A DNA stretch of 64,000 nt from an uncultured delta proteobacterium (GCA_963785725.1 CAWAWS010000015.1:128001-192000), one strand, 5' to 3'; positions 1 through 11,135 are shown, counted from the first letter of the stretch. A program made the numbers and translations. The notes: generated by a model not told the origin, from the letters alone.

Positions 1-2045
1 TCGACGAGCTCGCGGTTCTCGAGGACCGTCGCGCGCGTCACGCCGTGCTGCGCGCACAAGGCGTCGCTGCCGCTGTCGACGCGCTCGATCTCGTAGAGCG
101 CGCCCGTGGCCGCCTGGGTGGTGACGTCGAAGGCGCGATCGATCGCGACGGTGGCCGGCGCGTACCACGCCTCGAAGTCGCCGAAGAAGTCGGCGCGGGC
201 GTCGGCTTCGCCGCGCGCGGTCAGCCGCTCGGCGCCGGCGGCGGCGAGCCGCTCGTCGATGCGCGCCGGGATCGCCTGATACGTCGCGGCCCAATCGCGG
301 TTGCCGCAGCCGAAGACGGTGTAGCGCAGGCCGCGCAACGCGCCGGCGGGCACGCTGTCGAGCCACTCGCAGAAGCGGCGCGCGTTGTCGGGCGGCGCGC
401 CGTTGTACGACGCCGTGACGACGAACAGCGCGCCGGTGGTCGGCAGCTTGCCGGCATAGTCGTCGAGCGGCGCGACCGTCGCCGCGTAGCCGCGGCCGAG
501 CGCGTCGCCGGCCACGCGGCGCGCAAACGCCTCCGACGAGCCGGAGTTGGAGCCGAAGAGCACGAGTAGCGGCGTCGCGTGCGCGCCTTCGCCGAGCGGC
601 GCCGGCGGCAGCGGCGGGGGAGTCGCGACTTTCGCCGTCGGGACATGACGCGCGCCGGGTGCCTTCGCTTTTGCGCGCACGGTCAAACCCTCGGGCTTGA
701 GCGTCAGCGTCTCTTTGACTTGCAGCTGATAGCCCGGCTTCAGCGTCAGATCGAAGCGCTGCAGCATCATCGCCAACGCCAGCGCCGCTTCCTGCATGGC
801 GAACGGCCGGCCGATGCAGGCGCGCTGACCGTGACCGAACGGCTTCCACGCGTTCACCGGCAGCTGCTCGCGACGGCCGGGCGCGAAACGCTCGGGATCG
901 AACGTCTCGACATCGTCGCCCCAGACGGCCGGATCGCGGTGCAGCATCGGCGTCAACACCGTGATCTGCTCGCCCGCGGCCACCTCGTAGCGGCCATCGA
1001 GCACGACGTCTTGCTTGGGATACAAGGCGTAGGCCGGCGCCGTCGGCCACAGCCGCAGCGACTCGCGCAGCACCTGGTCGAGATAGACGAGCTCCGGCAT
1101 CTGCTCGAAGCGCGGCGGCTGACCGTCCAGCACCTCATCGAGCTCACGCTGCACGCGCGCCAGAACCTCGGGATGCTCGAGCAGCTGATAGGTCGTGAAC
1201 GACAGGAGGCCGCTCGTCGTCTCGTGGCCGGCGATGAGGAACGTCACCATCTGATAGCGGACGTTGACGTCGTCGAGCCCTTCGCCCGTCTGCGGGTCGC
1301 GGCCGGCGAGCATGAGGCCGAGGAGGTCGCGCGCCTGGTCGTCGGGATTGCGACGGCGCTCGGCGATCAGCTCGTCGACGATGCCGTTCATATAGGCGAT
1401 GTCTTCCGAATATTGCCGCTGCGTCATCAGCATGAGGCGGGTCTGCAGCGGCAGGCGCCGCGAGCGACCGCCCGCTTCCGCCAACGACCGCACCATGGCC
1501 TCGACGAACGGATGCATCTCGCGCTGATAGAAGCTGTTGAAGCGATAGCCGAAGCCGCACAGCGCGATCGTGTCCAGCGTCAGCCGCGTCATGTTGTCGG
1601 TGACGTCGAGGTCGACGTCGGCGCCGAGGCGCTCCCACTTCGTCAGCATCTGGTCGGCGATGTCGACCATGGCGTCGAAGTAGCCGCGCATCGCGCCCGG
1701 GCCGAACGCGGGCATGAGGATGCGGTGCGCGCGGCCCCAGTTGGGCTCGTCGGTGCGCGAGGTGAACAGGCCGTCGCCGGCGAAGTCGCGAATCTGCACG
1801 AGCGGTCCCGACAGGAGCTTGTCGAAGCGCGTCTCGTCCGAGACTTCGTCGACGAGCGCGTGCGAGCCGATGACGAGCGTGCCGCGGGTCGGCAAGGTCA
1901 GCCGATAGATCGGGCCGAGCTCGTGGCCGAGCCGCATCAGCGACTGAATCAGATGGTCGCCATCGAGCTCGGGCAGATGGCCCACGAGCGGGCGCAGCTT
2001 CGGCTGCGGAATCGGCGTGTAGACGCGGGAGGCGCGGCTGATCAT
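1..2045 (-). CDS. Bifunctional cytochrome P450 / NADPH-P450 reductase (CYP102/BM3-like), 3' end outside window
   Basis: Manual translation (absent from ORF track because no stop in window): MISRASRVYTPIPQP..., I-helix AGHETTS, ESLR (ExxR), heme motif FGHGQRACIG, then flavodoxin-like domain (LFGSNSGSSE, ASYNG, VFGCGNRDW); GGAGG RBS upstream. Confidence 0.93.
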   Translation of the reverse strand, partial: MISRASRVYTPIPQPKLRPLVGHLPELDGDHLIQSLMRLGHELGPIYRLTLPTRGTLVIGSHALVDEVSDETRFDKLLSGPLVQIRDFAGDGLFTSRTDEPNWGRAHRILMPAFGPGAMRGYFDAMVDIADQMLTKWERLGADVDLDVTDNMTRLTLDTIALCGFGYRFNSFYQREMHPFVEAMVRSLAEAGGRSRRLPLQTRLMLMTQRQYSEDIAYMNGIVDELIAERRRNPDDQARDLLGLMLAGRDPQTGEGLDDVNVRYQMVTFLIAGHETTSGLLSFTTYQLLEHPEVLARVQRELDEVLDGQPPRFEQMPELVYLDQVLRESLRLWPTAPAYALYPKQDVVLDGRYEVAAGEQITVLTPMLHRDPAVWGDDVETFDPERFAPGRREQLPVNAWKPFGHGQRACIGRPFAMQEAALALAMMLQRFDLTLKPGYQLQVKETLTLKPEGLTVRAKAKAPGARHVPTAKVATPPPLPPAPLGEGAHATPLLVLFGSNSGSSEAFARRVAGDALGRGYAATVAPLDDYAGKLPTTGALFVVTASYNGAPPDNARRFCEWLDSVPAGALRGLRYTVFGCGNRDWAATYQAIPARIDERLAAAGAERLTARGEADARADFFGDFEAWYAPATVAIDRAFDVTTQAATGALYEIERVDSGSDALCAQHGVTRATVLENRELV

Positions 2046-2070
2046 GGGACAGTCCTCCTGTTGACTTATC

Positions 2071-2102
2071 GAACTATAAGTTCACGCTATCCCGATCGTC
2101 AA
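2071..2102 (-). promoter_or_regulatory. Putative sigma70 promoter of the P450 gene with overlapping palindrome
   Basis: Minus strand TTGACG (2102-2097), 18-nt spacer, TATAGT (2078-2073); GAACT-ATA-AGTTC palindrome at 2071-2083. Confidence 0.5.
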
Positions 2103-2259
2103 GTGACAAACACGCAATGCAGATAACGTTTCATGACTGAAACGTGCGTGAAACTGCGTTGTGTGACGCCAGAAACGCAAAACAGTCGCGTGATGACGCG
2201 ATATTTGACGCCAGGTCTACGAGATGAAAAAGGAAAAGATGGGTGCGGCTGGGTGACGA

Positions 2260-3636
2260 CTACGCGAGCGGGACGGTGAACTGGAACGTGCTGCCGCGGC
2301 CGACTTCGCTCTCGACCCAGATGCGGCCGTGGTGCGCTTCGACGATGCCCTTGGCGATGAAGAGGCCGAGGCCGGTGCCTTGGCGCGCCGTCGTCTCGAC
2401 CTGCCAGAAGCGCTCGAAGATGCGCGGCTGCGCCTCTTTGGGGATGCCGGGGCCGGCGTCGGCGACGATGAAGTGGGCGACGTGGCCGGTCGTGCGCGCG
2501 CCGATGCGGACGATGCTGCCGGCGGGCGAGAACTTGATGGCGTTGCCGATGAGGTTGGAGAAGACCTGCAACAAGCGGCCGCGGTCGCCGAGCAGGATGC
2601 GGCCGGTGGCGTCGTGGTCGATGTCGAGCGCCACCTGCTTGGCCGAGGCGATCGGCTGCATCAGCTCGAGCACGTCGCGCAACAGGTCGTCGACGAGCGT
2701 CGGCTTGGGCTCGATGACGAGGTGACCGGCCTCGATGCTGGCGAAGGAGAGCAGATCGCGGATCAGCGACTCCATGCGCTCGGTCGAGCGCTTGATCGTG
2801 TCGGCGTACTTCTGCAGCCGCGCCGGATCGGGCGCGCCGGCGCTGCGCGTCAGGAGCGCGGCCGCCATCGACACGGCGCTCAGCGGGCTGCGCAGATCGT
2901 GCGAGACGATGGCCAAGAGATCCTCGCGCACGCGCACGGCCTGCTGCGCCGCTTGATACAATCGCGCATTGTCGAGCGCCAGCGACGCGCGCTGCGCCAA
3001 GTCCTCGAGCATCGCCAGGTCGTCGGCGTCGTAGCGGCGATCGGACTCGGCGAAGGCGAAGGTCACGGCGCCGATCGTCTTGTCCTCGGACTTGAGCGGC
3101 ACGATGATGTAGGACTGCGCGCCCAAGCGCGCCAACAGCGGATCGCCCGACGCGGCCAGCGCGGCCGCCAGCGGCGGCGAGCACAGCGTCACCAGCTCCG
3201 ACGCGCCGGTCGCGAGCACCTTGGAGACGCCGAGCGGCGCGTTCGGGTCGACGGTGAAGCGGGCGCTGGGGATCTCGCGATCGTGCGTGTCCGGCTGCCA
3301 GTGCGCGCGCGCGGCGCGCTCGTAGCTGCAGTCGTCGACGAGGCGATCGACGACGCACCAGTCGGCGACGTCGGGCACGACGAGGCGCGTGAGCGTCGTC
3401 AGTCGCGCCGCGGTGTCGAGCGGCCCCGCGAACAGCGTGCTCGTCGCTTGATACAAGAAGGCGATGCGCCGCTGCGCCGCTTCGGCGTCGGCGCGCGCCC
3501 GCCGCTCGCTGCCGGCGTCGTCGGCGGGCACGGCCTCGAGGCCCGCCAGCGCGTCGACGGCCTGCGCGCGCGCCTGGTCATCGAGCGTCCCCAAGCGCTC
3601 GCGAACCAAGGCCAACAGCTCGCTCATCGATGACAT
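2260..3636 (-). CDS. GAF-domain sensor histidine kinase
   Basis: GAF region (VPDVADWCVVD), H-box VSHDLRSPL, N-box NLIGNAIKF, DAGPGI, GLGLFI. Confidence 0.92.
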   Translation of the reverse strand: MSSMSELLALVRERLGTLDDQARAQAVDALAGLEAVPADDAGSERRARADAEAAQRRIAFLYQATSTLFAGPLDTAARLTTLTRLVVPDVADWCVVDRLVDDCSYERAARAHWQPDTHDREIPSARFTVDPNAPLGVSKVLATGASELVTLCSPPLAAALAASGDPLLARLGAQSYIIVPLKSEDKTIGAVTFAFAESDRRYDADDLAMLEDLAQRASLALDNARLYQAAQQAVRVREDLLAIVSHDLRSPLSAVSMAAALLTRSAGAPDPARLQKYADTIKRSTERMESLIRDLLSFASIEAGHLVIEPKPTLVDDLLRDVLELMQPIASAKQVALDIDHDATGRILLGDRGRLLQVFSNLIGNAIKFSPAGSIVRIGARTTGHVAHFIVADAGPGIPKEAQPRIFERFWQVETTARQGTGLGLFIAKGIVEAHHGRIWVESEVGRGSTFQFTVPLA

Positions 3637-3684
3637 CTCACGGCAACCGTTGGTTTAAGCATTCAGGTGGCAACTGCAAGGTAT

Positions 3685-4719
3685 TTACACGAGCTCGTTG
3701 AGGCGCGCGGAGATCAGGCTGAGCGGCAGGACTTGATCGGGCAGGCCGGCCTGGATCGCGGCCCGCGGCATGCCGAAGACGATCGAGCTCTCCTCGTCCT
3801 GCGCGATGACGAGGCCGCCCGCGTCGCGCAGGTGGCGCAGGCCGGAGACGCCGTCGTCGCCCATGCCGGTCAAGATGAGCCCGACCGCGGCCGCGCCGAC
3901 GTGCTTGGCGACGCTCTCGAACAGAAAGCTGCCCGAGGGACGAAAGCCACCGACGGGCGGCGCGTCGCTGATGATGACGACGTCGTTGCTGCCGACGCCG
4001 AGGTGACGGTTGTCGGGGCTCAAGTAGACCGTGCGCGGCTGTAGGGTTTCGCCGTGCTGCGCGACTTTGACGTGGAGCTTGCACGCCTTGTCGAGCCAGC
4101 TGGCGAGGCCGTCGGCGAAGCCGAGCGCGATGTGCTGCACGACCAGCATCGGCGCCGGAAAAGTGGCCGGCAGCTCGGTCAAGATGCGATGCAGCGCCGC
4201 CGGCCCGCCCGTCGACGCGGTCAGCGCCACCAGCCGCTTCTTGTCGCCGAGCGCGGCCGGGCGCGGGCGCGCGACGATGGGCTCGCCCACCGGCGAGGCC
4301 GAGGCGATGCGCCGCACCGTGCGCACCTGCGCCATCGATTTTACCGTCGACAACAGATAGCGGCACTCGCGCTCGAACTCGGGCGACTGCGGCGCCGGCG
4401 GCTTGGCGACGACGGCGAGCGCGCCGGCGCGCATGGCGTCCATCGAGACCATGACGTCGCGCGTGTCGAGCGTGCCCGACATGACGACGATCGGCGTCGG
4501 CGCCTCCGACATGATCTGCCGCGTCGCTTCGAAGCCGTCGACGCGCGGCATCTGGAAGTCCATCAGCACCAGGTTGGGACGTAGCCGCTTGGTCAGCTCC
4601 AAGCCCTGCTCGCCGTCTTTGGCCTCGCCCACGACTTCGATCTCGGCGTCCGAGCGCAAGATCGCGCCCAAGAGCGCGCGCGCCGTCGCTGAATCATCTA
4701 CGAGCAGTACACGAACCAT
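3685..4719 (-). CDS. cheB: Chemotaxis methylesterase with receiver domain
   Basis: N-terminal REC; catalytic motifs ASTGGP, VQH, TGMGDDG. Confidence 0.95.
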   Translation of the reverse strand: MVRVLLVDDSATARALLGAILRSDAEIEVVGEAKDGEQGLELTKRLRPNLVLMDFQMPRVDGFEATRQIMSEAPTPIVVMSGTLDTRDVMVSMDAMRAGALAVVAKPPAPQSPEFERECRYLLSTVKSMAQVRTVRRIASASPVGEPIVARPRPAALGDKKRLVALTASTGGPAALHRILTELPATFPAPMLVVQHIALGFADGLASWLDKACKLHVKVAQHGETLQPRTVYLSPDNRHLGVGSNDVVIISDAPPVGGFRPSGSFLFESVAKHVGAAAVGLILTGMGDDGVSGLRHLRDAGGLVIAQDEESSIVFGMPRAAIQAGLPDQVLPLSLISARLNELV

Positions 4720-4722
4720 GGG

Positions 4723-6825
4723 TCAGTCCCTCACGAGCTGGGCGATGGTGTCGAGGAGCATGGTCTGGTCGAAGCCGCTCTTGACCAGATAGGCGCTGGC
4801 GCCGAGACGGAGGCCGCGCGTGCGATCCTCCGCGCTTTCACGGCCGGTGACGAGGACGAAGGGCAGCTCGCGATAGCGCGGCGACCCGCGCACGGCCTCG
4901 AGGAAGCCGAGGCCGTCGAGGTACGGCATCTCCAAGTCGCTGACGATGACGTCGATGTCGGCGCCGCGCTCCTGCAGGATGCGCCAGGCCTCGGCGCCGT
5001 CGGCGGCGGGCGTGACCTCGTAGCCGGCCGATTCCAAGATGCTGCGCTCGAGGCTGCGCGTGGTGATGGAGTCGTCGGCGAGCAGGACGCGTCGTTTGCG
5101 CGCGCCCGAGCTGCGGCGGCCGGTCAAGGCCACGCCCGGCCGGCTCAGCGCCAGCGACACCAGCTCCGGCACGTTGACGATGAGCACGACCTCGCCGTCG
5201 GGCAGGCGGCCGGAGCCGACGACGCGACGCAAGCCGCTCAAGCGCGGCGGCAAGGCGCGGACGGTCAATTCGCTCTCGTCGCTCAGCTCGTCGACGCCGA
5301 AGGCGACGGCGCGGCCGCCGGCTTGGCAGACGGCGAGCGGCACGAAGTCGCGGCCCGGCAGCGCCGCGCCCGGCAGCTCGAGCGTCGCGCCGAGCGACGC
5401 CACCGGCAAAGGCGCGCCGTCGGTGAGCACGCTCTGCCGGCCTTCGACCGAGCGCAACGCGTCGACGCGCACGCGCAGGAGCGAGCGCACGTGCTGCGTC
5501 GGCAAGGCCAGCGGCTGACCGCCGGCGCGCACGATGACGGCGCGCAAGGTCGCCAGCGACACCGGCACGCGCAAGGTGAACTGCGTGCCGTAGCCGGGCT
5601 GCGACTCGACGTCGACGGTGCCGCGCATGGCCTCGATGCGCGTGCGTACGATGTCGAGCCCGAGGCCGCGGCCGGAGACGTCGGTGACGGCGCCGGACGT
5701 CGACAGGCCGGGCTCGAAGATGGCGCGCATGAGCGTGGCGGCGTCCTCGGGCGCGACCTCGCCGCGACGGGCGACGGCGGCGCGCACGGCGTGCAGGTCG
5801 AGCCCGCGGCCGTCGTCGCGCACGCGCACCTCGACGGCGCCGCCGCGCGCCTCGGCCTCGATGACGATGCGGCCGGTCGCCGGTTTGCCGGCCTGGCGGC
5901 GCGCGTCGGGCGACTCGAGGCCGTGATCGACCGCGTTGCGCACGAGGTGCAAGAGCGGCTCGCGTAGCCCCGACAAGACCGAGCGATCGAGCTCGGCGCC
6001 GCCGTCGCGCACTTCGAGCTCGACGGTCTTGTGGCGCTCGCGGGCGATGTCGCGCGCCGCCCGCTCGAGGCCGCGCGTCGCCTCCGTGAACGGCAGGAGG
6101 CGCACCTCGTGCACGCTGTCGTGCAGCCGATCGGCCTCTTGCGCCACCGCGCGATGCGACGCCGCCGCCAGCTGCGCCAGCTGATGCAGCTGCCGCGTCG
6201 TCGGCGGTCGCGACGTTTGCGCCAGCTCTTGCAGCGCCGCTTCGACGCGCTCGAGCCGCCGCACGGCCACGCGCAGCTCGCCCGCGTGCGCGACGAGCGC
6301 GTCCAGCTTGTCGTTGGCGATGCGCGCCGTCGTCTCCATGGGCGCGGCGGCGTCGTCACGCGCGCTGGCGCCGCTGTCGCTCGTCGCCGCGGCGGCCAGC
6401 GGCGCGTTGGCGTCGCTTGTCGCCGGCGTCGCCGTGTCGCCGGCGAGCCGCTGCTTGAGCGCGACCAGCGCCGCGGCGTCGACGTCGCCGCGCGCCAACG
6501 CCGCGCCCGTCGCCGCCATGGCGTCGGCGACCGCGAACAGCGTCGCGAAGGTCTCAGCCGGCGGCGAGAGCGGCCCCGCGCGCAGCCGACCGAGCGTGTC
6601 CTCGAACGCGTGCGCCAGCTCCGCCAGCGGCGTCACGTCGACGGCGCGCGCGCCGCCTTTGATCGTATGCACCGCGCGCAACAGCACCTGCAAGAGCTCG
6701 TCACGCTGCGGCCCCGCCGGCGCGCGCTCGAGCGCCAGCAAGGTCTCGCCGATCGTCCGCGCGTGCTCACCCAGCTCCTCGGAGAAGGCGGCGCGCAGCT
6801 GACGAATGAGCTCGTTCTTCTCCAC
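4723..6825 (-). CDS. cheA: Hybrid CheA kinase (Hpt-HATPase-CheW-REC; WspE-like)
   Basis: Hpt HTIKG, HLVRNAVDHG, DDGRG, SGRGLGLD, C-terminal REC (LLADDS...DLEMP). Confidence 0.95.
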   Translation of the reverse strand: MEKNELIRQLRAAFSEELGEHARTIGETLLALERAPAGPQRDELLQVLLRAVHTIKGGARAVDVTPLAELAHAFEDTLGRLRAGPLSPPAETFATLFAVADAMAATGAALARGDVDAAALVALKQRLAGDTATPATSDANAPLAAAATSDSGASARDDAAAPMETTARIANDKLDALVAHAGELRVAVRRLERVEAALQELAQTSRPPTTRQLHQLAQLAAASHRAVAQEADRLHDSVHEVRLLPFTEATRGLERAARDIARERHKTVELEVRDGGAELDRSVLSGLREPLLHLVRNAVDHGLESPDARRQAGKPATGRIVIEAEARGGAVEVRVRDDGRGLDLHAVRAAVARRGEVAPEDAATLMRAIFEPGLSTSGAVTDVSGRGLGLDIVRTRIEAMRGTVDVESQPGYGTQFTLRVPVSLATLRAVIVRAGGQPLALPTQHVRSLLRVRVDALRSVEGRQSVLTDGAPLPVASLGATLELPGAALPGRDFVPLAVCQAGGRAVAFGVDELSDESELTVRALPPRLSGLRRVVGSGRLPDGEVVLIVNVPELVSLALSRPGVALTGRRSSGARKRRVLLADDSITTRSLERSILESAGYEVTPAADGAEAWRILQERGADIDVIVSDLEMPYLDGLGFLEAVRGSPRYRELPFVLVTGRESAEDRTRGLRLGASAYLVKSGFDQTMLLDTIAQLVRD

Positions 6826-6837
6826 GATCGTTGCGGC

Positions 6838-8472
6838 TTAACCGGCGACCAAGCTCTGCAGCCGCGTCCCCAAGGCGCTCAAGCTCTGCGCCGTCTGCTC
6901 CGTTTGCCGCGTCGCCTGCAGGTTCTGCTGCGTGACCGTATTGATGTTGCGCATGGCGCCCGAGATCTGCGACATGCCCGTCGCCTGCTGCCCGGCCGAC
7001 GCCGAAATCTGCGCCACCGACTGCGCCACCTCGGCCGTAATCTCCGCCAGGCTGCGAATCGTCTCGCCCGCGTCCTGCGCCGCTTTGACGGCCGCGTTCA
7101 TCCCGCGCGTGCCCTCTTCCGTCGACAACACCGCCGTGTTCGACATCTTTTGAATCTCGGACAAGATGCGCCGCACCTGCACCGTCGCCGCCTTCGATTG
7201 CGTCGCCAGCTCCTTGATCTGCCCGGCGACGACCTGAAAGCCGCGCCCTTGCTCGCCGGCGCGCGCCGCTTCGACGGCCGCGTTCAGCGACAAGAGGTTC
7301 GTCTGATCGGCGAACTCGTTGATCGTCGTCAGCACTTCGCCGATGGTCTGCGTCTGCTCGGCCAGCGCCAAGATGCTGCGCGCCACCTGGTCGGCCTGCG
7401 TCTTGGCGCGATCGAGCAGCGTCACCGACTCGTCGACGGCGCGGCGACCGCCGACGGCGATCTCGTCCGAGCGGCGCGCCGAGTCGGCCACTTTGCGCGT
7501 CCGCTCCGCCGACTGCTCCGACGTCTGCGACACCTGATTCACCGTCGACACGACCTGCGCCACCGCCGCCGACTGCTCTTGCACGCCGGCCGCTTGCTGC
7601 GCCGTCGACGCCAACAGCTCCGACGAGGCGCCGCCCAGCGTCTGAATGCCTTCGGACAGCGCGTCGAGCGTCTTTTTGCGCTCTTGCGCCTCCTTCGCCA
7701 GCTGCGCCTCGGCCCTTTGCCGCGACTCGCTCATGCGGTTGAAGGCGCGCGACAGGTCGGTCAGCTCGTCGTTGCCCGGCACGTCGACGCGCACGTCGAG
7801 CGCGCCGCGACCGACCTGCTCCACGCCGTCGAGCAGCGTCGCCAGCGGCTTCGTGATCGAGCGCGCGACGAGAAAGGCGCCCACGCCGACGACGAGCAGG
7901 CTCAAGATCATGCCGCCCAAGCTGATGGCGTTGGCGGCGCCGACGGCGGCGGCCGACTCCTCTTTGCGGATGTTGAGCAGCCGCTCCTCTTCGGCTTTCA
8001 TCTCGTCGACGACCGTGCGCGCGGCGTCCATCGTCTTCTTGCCGACGCCCTCTTTGACGTGCGCTTCGGCGCCGGTCATGCCGCCTTTGCGCCGCGTCTC
8101 CACCAGATCGTCGGCGATGGCGAGGCGTTTGCGCGCCAGCTCCTCGAGCTGAAATACGCGCACCTGCTCGCTCGGGTTGTCATTGGTGAGCGTGCGCACG
8201 GCGGCGAGCGGCTCGCGGATCTTGTCGTGCGCCAGCGTCAGCGGCTCGAGGTAGTCGTCGACGCCGGTCAGCGCATAGCCGCGCGCGCCGGTCTCGGCAT
8301 CGATGAGATAGGACAGCACCTGCTCCAAATTGCGCTCGACCTCGTACGTATGGGTGAGCCATTTGGTGGTGTCGTCGAGCCGCTTGGCGCTCTTGTACGA
8401 GGCCAACCCGATGGCGATGACGGCCAGGAGCGAGATGGAAAAGCCGACGGTGATGCGAGAGCCGATGCGCAT
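6838..8472 (-). CDS. Methyl-accepting chemotaxis protein (CHASE3-HAMP-MA)
   Basis: Start at [15 protein letters not shown]3-like [19 protein letters not shown], signalling motif [23 protein letters not shown]. Confidence 0.93.
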   Translation of the reverse strand: MRIGSRITVGFSISLLAVIAIGLASYKSAKRLDDTTKWLTHTYEVERNLEQVLSYLIDAETGARGYALTGVDDYLEPLTLAHDKIREPLAAVRTLTNDNPSEQVRVFQLEELARKRLAIADDLVETRRKGGMTGAEAHVKEGVGKKTMDAARTVVDEMKAEEERLLNIRKEESAAAVGAANAISLGGMILSLLVVGVGAFLVARSITKPLATLLDGVEQVGRGALDVRVDVPGNDELTDLSRAFNRMSESRQRAEAQLAKEAQERKKTLDALSEGIQTLGGASSELLASTAQQAAGVQEQSAAVAQVVSTVNQVSQTSEQSAERTRKVADSARRSDEIAVGGRRAVDESVTLLDRAKTQADQVARSILALAEQTQTIGEVLTTINEFADQTNLLSLNAAVEAARAGEQGRGFQVVAGQIKELATQSKAATVQVRRILSEIQKMSNTAVLSTEEGTRGMNAAVKAAQDAGETIRSLAEITAEVAQSVAQISASAGQQATGMSQISGAMRNINTVTQQNLQATRQTEQTAQSLSALGTRLQSLVAG

Positions 8473-8486
8473 GCTCGTACGTCTCC

Positions 8487-9125
8487 TTATCGCGGGCGGG
8501 TGCTGCCGAAGTCGAGGCGTGGATCGGCGATGAGCGCGGCGCCGTCGAGGACGGTGCAGCCGTCGCGGGTGACGCCGAGGACGAGGCGCGCGTCGGCCTC
8601 GCCGAGCGGATGCGGCGCCGTCAACAGCTCGGCCTGGGCGATGGCGTCGGTGTCGACGGCGCTGGCGACGATGAGCGCCAGCTCGTCGCGCGTGTCGCCG
8701 AGGATGAGCAAGAGCCGGTCGTCGGCGGGCGCGGCGACGGCGGCGCCGAGCAGCGCCGGCAAGTCGACGACCAGGATGAGATCGCCGCGCTGATGCGTGA
8801 CGCCCGCGACGAACGGCGGCGTGCCCGGCAACGCCGCCAGCCGCTCGGCGCGCACGAGGCCGCGCACCCAACGGTCCGACAGCGCCCACGCGACGCCGTC
8901 GGTGGCGAAGCGCACGAGCGGCAACGTCGCCAGGGCCGCCGGCGTGGCCGCGACTTGCGCGAGCCGCCGCGCCCGGTCGACGAGGCGCGCGGTGAGCTGC
9001 TCGGCGGAGAGCACGTCGTCGTCGTTGGCGCGCGCCAGCTGGTCGAGCCGCGCCCGCGCCGCCGGCCAGTCGATCGCGTCGGCGGTAGTCTGTCGTTCGA
9101 TGGGCAGCTGCTGCGGCGTCTTCAT
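8487..9125 (-). CDS. cheW: CheW-family coupling protein
   Basis: [24 protein letters not shown]; within che operon. Confidence 0.85.
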   Translation of the reverse strand: MKTPQQLPIERQTTADAIDWPAARARLDQLARANDDDVLSAEQLTARLVDRARRLAQVAATPAALATLPLVRFATDGVAWALSDRWVRGLVRAERLAALPGTPPFVAGVTHQRGDLILVVDLPALLGAAVAAPADDRLLLILGDTRDELALIVASAVDTDAIAQAELLTAPHPLGEADARLVLGVTRDGCTVLDGAALIADPRLDFGSTRPR

Positions 9126-10528
9126 GCCGGGGCTCCGTCGCGGGTGAGGCGGGCGAGCTGATGGCGGGCGCGTTCGGCCAAGCTGCCGGCGGTCTCGCCG
9201 TCGCCGAGCGCGATGGCTTCGGCGGGCGGCCGCGGCGTCACCAGCGCCAGCGCGTTGCGATAGGAGCGGCGCGCGCCCGGCTCGTCGCCGCGCCGCTCGA
9301 GCAGCGCCGCCAGCATGAAGTGGGCGATGGCCAGCGTCGGATCGAGGTAGAGCGCGCTGCGCAAGGCGGCCAGCGCCTCGTCGCCGAGCCCGAGCTCGCC
9401 GGCGATGAGCGCGCGCTGCAGCTGCAGCTCGACGACGAGCGGCCGAGCGGCGAGCGCGCGCGTCACCTGCGTCAACGCCGCGCGCAGATCGCCCTCTTGC
9501 ACCAGCTGGCGAACGTGCGCCGCGTCGCTGTCCGCTGCCGTCGCTGGGAGCGGCTGCGGTGGCGGCAGCGGCGTCGGCCGAATCGCGGTCAGCTTGCGCG
9601 GCGGGCTCTTCGGTCGCGCCAAGGCCAAGCCGCGCGCCGGCGTCGGCGGCGTCGTGCGCGGCGCCGGCGCCCGTCGCGTCGGCAGCGGCGGCGGCTGGCG
9701 CCGATAGACGATGCCGTGGTCGGTCGCCAGCGGATGGAGCGGCGCAAATTCGTGCAGCGGCGGATCGGACGGCGCCGTGAACAGCCAGCCGTCATCGCGC
9801 AGCGACGCATACAGCCGCCGCGCCACGGCCGCGATGGTGTCGCTGTCGAAGTAGATGAGCACGTTGCGGCAAAAGATGACGTCCATGCCCCACAAGCCGT
9901 TGACCAGCGACGGATACCCATCGCCGGCCAGGTTGAGGACGGAGAAGCTGACCCGCTTGCGCAGCGACTCGGCGACGGTGAAGTCGGTGCCGCCTTGCCG
10001 CAGATAGGCGCGCGCCGGGGCCGACTCGGCGCCGCGCAGCGACCAGGCGCGATAGACGCCGGCGCGGCCGCGCGCGATGGCCTTGGGCGAGATGTCGCTG
10101 GCGAAGACGTGCGCGCGCTCGCCGCATTGCGCGTGGTCGAGCAGCATCGCCAGCGTCCACGCCTCTTCGCCCGACGCGCAGCCGGCCGACCACAAGCGCA
10201 GCTCGGCCGCGTGGCCGCGCTCGCGATCGATCGCCGGCAAGACGACGTCGCGCAGATATTCGAGCTGCTGGCGATCGCGAAAGAAGTAGGTCTCGCCGAC
10301 GGTGACTTCGGTGATGGCCGCTTCCCGCAACGTCGCGTCGACGAGCGCGCGCGCGGCGTAGCTCTCGCCGTCGCCGAGCTTTGCCTCTTTGGCCAGCCGC
10401 ACCAGCGCCGTCTCCAGCTCCTGGCGTCGCTGCGGCGGCAAGACGAGGCCGGCCTCTTCGGCGATGAGCGCGGCCAGTTGGGCGACGGCGGGGCTCGACC
10501 ACGCCTGCGGCGCGCTGCCGTCGCTCAT
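9122..10528 (-). CDS. cheR: CheR methyltransferase with C-terminal TPR (WspC-like)
   Basis: [35 protein letters not shown]-like C-terminus ([13 protein letters not shown]). Confidence 0.93.
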   Translation of the reverse strand: MSDGSAPQAWSSPAVAQLAALIAEEAGLVLPPQRRQELETALVRLAKEAKLGDGESYAARALVDATLREAAITEVTVGETYFFRDRQQLEYLRDVVLPAIDRERGHAAELRLWSAGCASGEEAWTLAMLLDHAQCGERAHVFASDISPKAIARGRAGVYRAWSLRGAESAPARAYLRQGGTDFTVAESLRKRVSFSVLNLAGDGYPSLVNGLWGMDVIFCRNVLIYFDSDTIAAVARRLYASLRDDGWLFTAPSDPPLHEFAPLHPLATDHGIVYRRQPPPLPTRRAPAPRTTPPTPARGLALARPKSPPRKLTAIRPTPLPPPQPLPATAADSDAAHVRQLVQEGDLRAALTQVTRALAARPLVVELQLQRALIAGELGLGDEALAALRSALYLDPTLAIAHFMLAALLERRGDEPGARRSYRNALALVTPRPPAEAIALGDGETAGSLAERARHQLARLTRDGAPA

Positions 10529-10995
10529 CCGTTGGCCGCGGCGGCGACGGCGCGATCGAGGGCGTCCAGCTCGGCGTCGGAGAGAAAGCTGTCGAGATCT
10601 TGGATGAGGATGAGCCCGTCGCCCAGCGCATCGGCGGCTCTGACGATGCCGGCGACCATCCCCACGCCCGGCAGCGCCTCTCGCGCCGGGATGATCGCGT
10701 CCGGCGCCAGCGTCACCACGTCACTGACGTCGTCGACGCGCAGCGCCACCGAGCGACCGCGGCTGCGGGCCAGGATCAGATGGTCGCTCAGCTGCAGCGG
10801 CTTCGGCGGCAGGCGGAAGCGGCCGCGCAGATCGAGCACGGCGACGATGCGGCCGCGCCAATCGACGGCGCCTTCGACGAGCGGCGGCGCCGCCGGCAGC
10901 GGCGCGATCTGCACGGCGCGCGCGATCTCTTCGACCCGGTCGGCCGTGACGCCGTAACGCTGCCCGGCGAGAAGAAATAAGACGTAGGACTGCAT
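10525..10995 (-). CDS. cheW: CheW-family coupling protein
   Basis: PLPAAPPLVEGAVDWRGRIVAVLDLR. Confidence 0.9.
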   Translation of the reverse strand: MQSYVLFLLAGQRYGVTADRVEEIARAVQIAPLPAAPPLVEGAVDWRGRIVAVLDLRGRFRLPPKPLQLSDHLILARSRGRSVALRVDDVSDVVTLAPDAIIPAREALPGVGMVAGIVRAADALGDGLILIQDLDSFLSDAELDALDRAVAAAANG

Positions 10996-11135
10996 CTAAT
11001 CGATAGAAGCCGAGATTGCCGCGAAATGTCTGACGCTTCAATCGGGTCCGGCGTGAAAAATATGTATGCACCGCGGCGGGCGCGGCAACGGCTCGCCACT
11101 CGATTTTCTTCGGCGGGATGAAGGTGCGCGGGAGC

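Noticed and set aside
579..2126. 515-aa plus-strand ORF
   Set aside because: Antisense shadow of the P450 gene; Arg-rich with no motifs
6031..8793. 920-aa plus-strand ORF and similar long ORFs (12116-14614, 17414-19531, 55180-57030)
   Set aside because: Shadow frames caused by high-GC codon bias; they overlap well-supported genes
11084..11098. Sigma54-like TGGCGAGCCGTTGCC upstream of the che operon (minus strand)
   Set aside because: GG-N9-GC is one base short of the required spacing; could be an indel error but is unsupported as read
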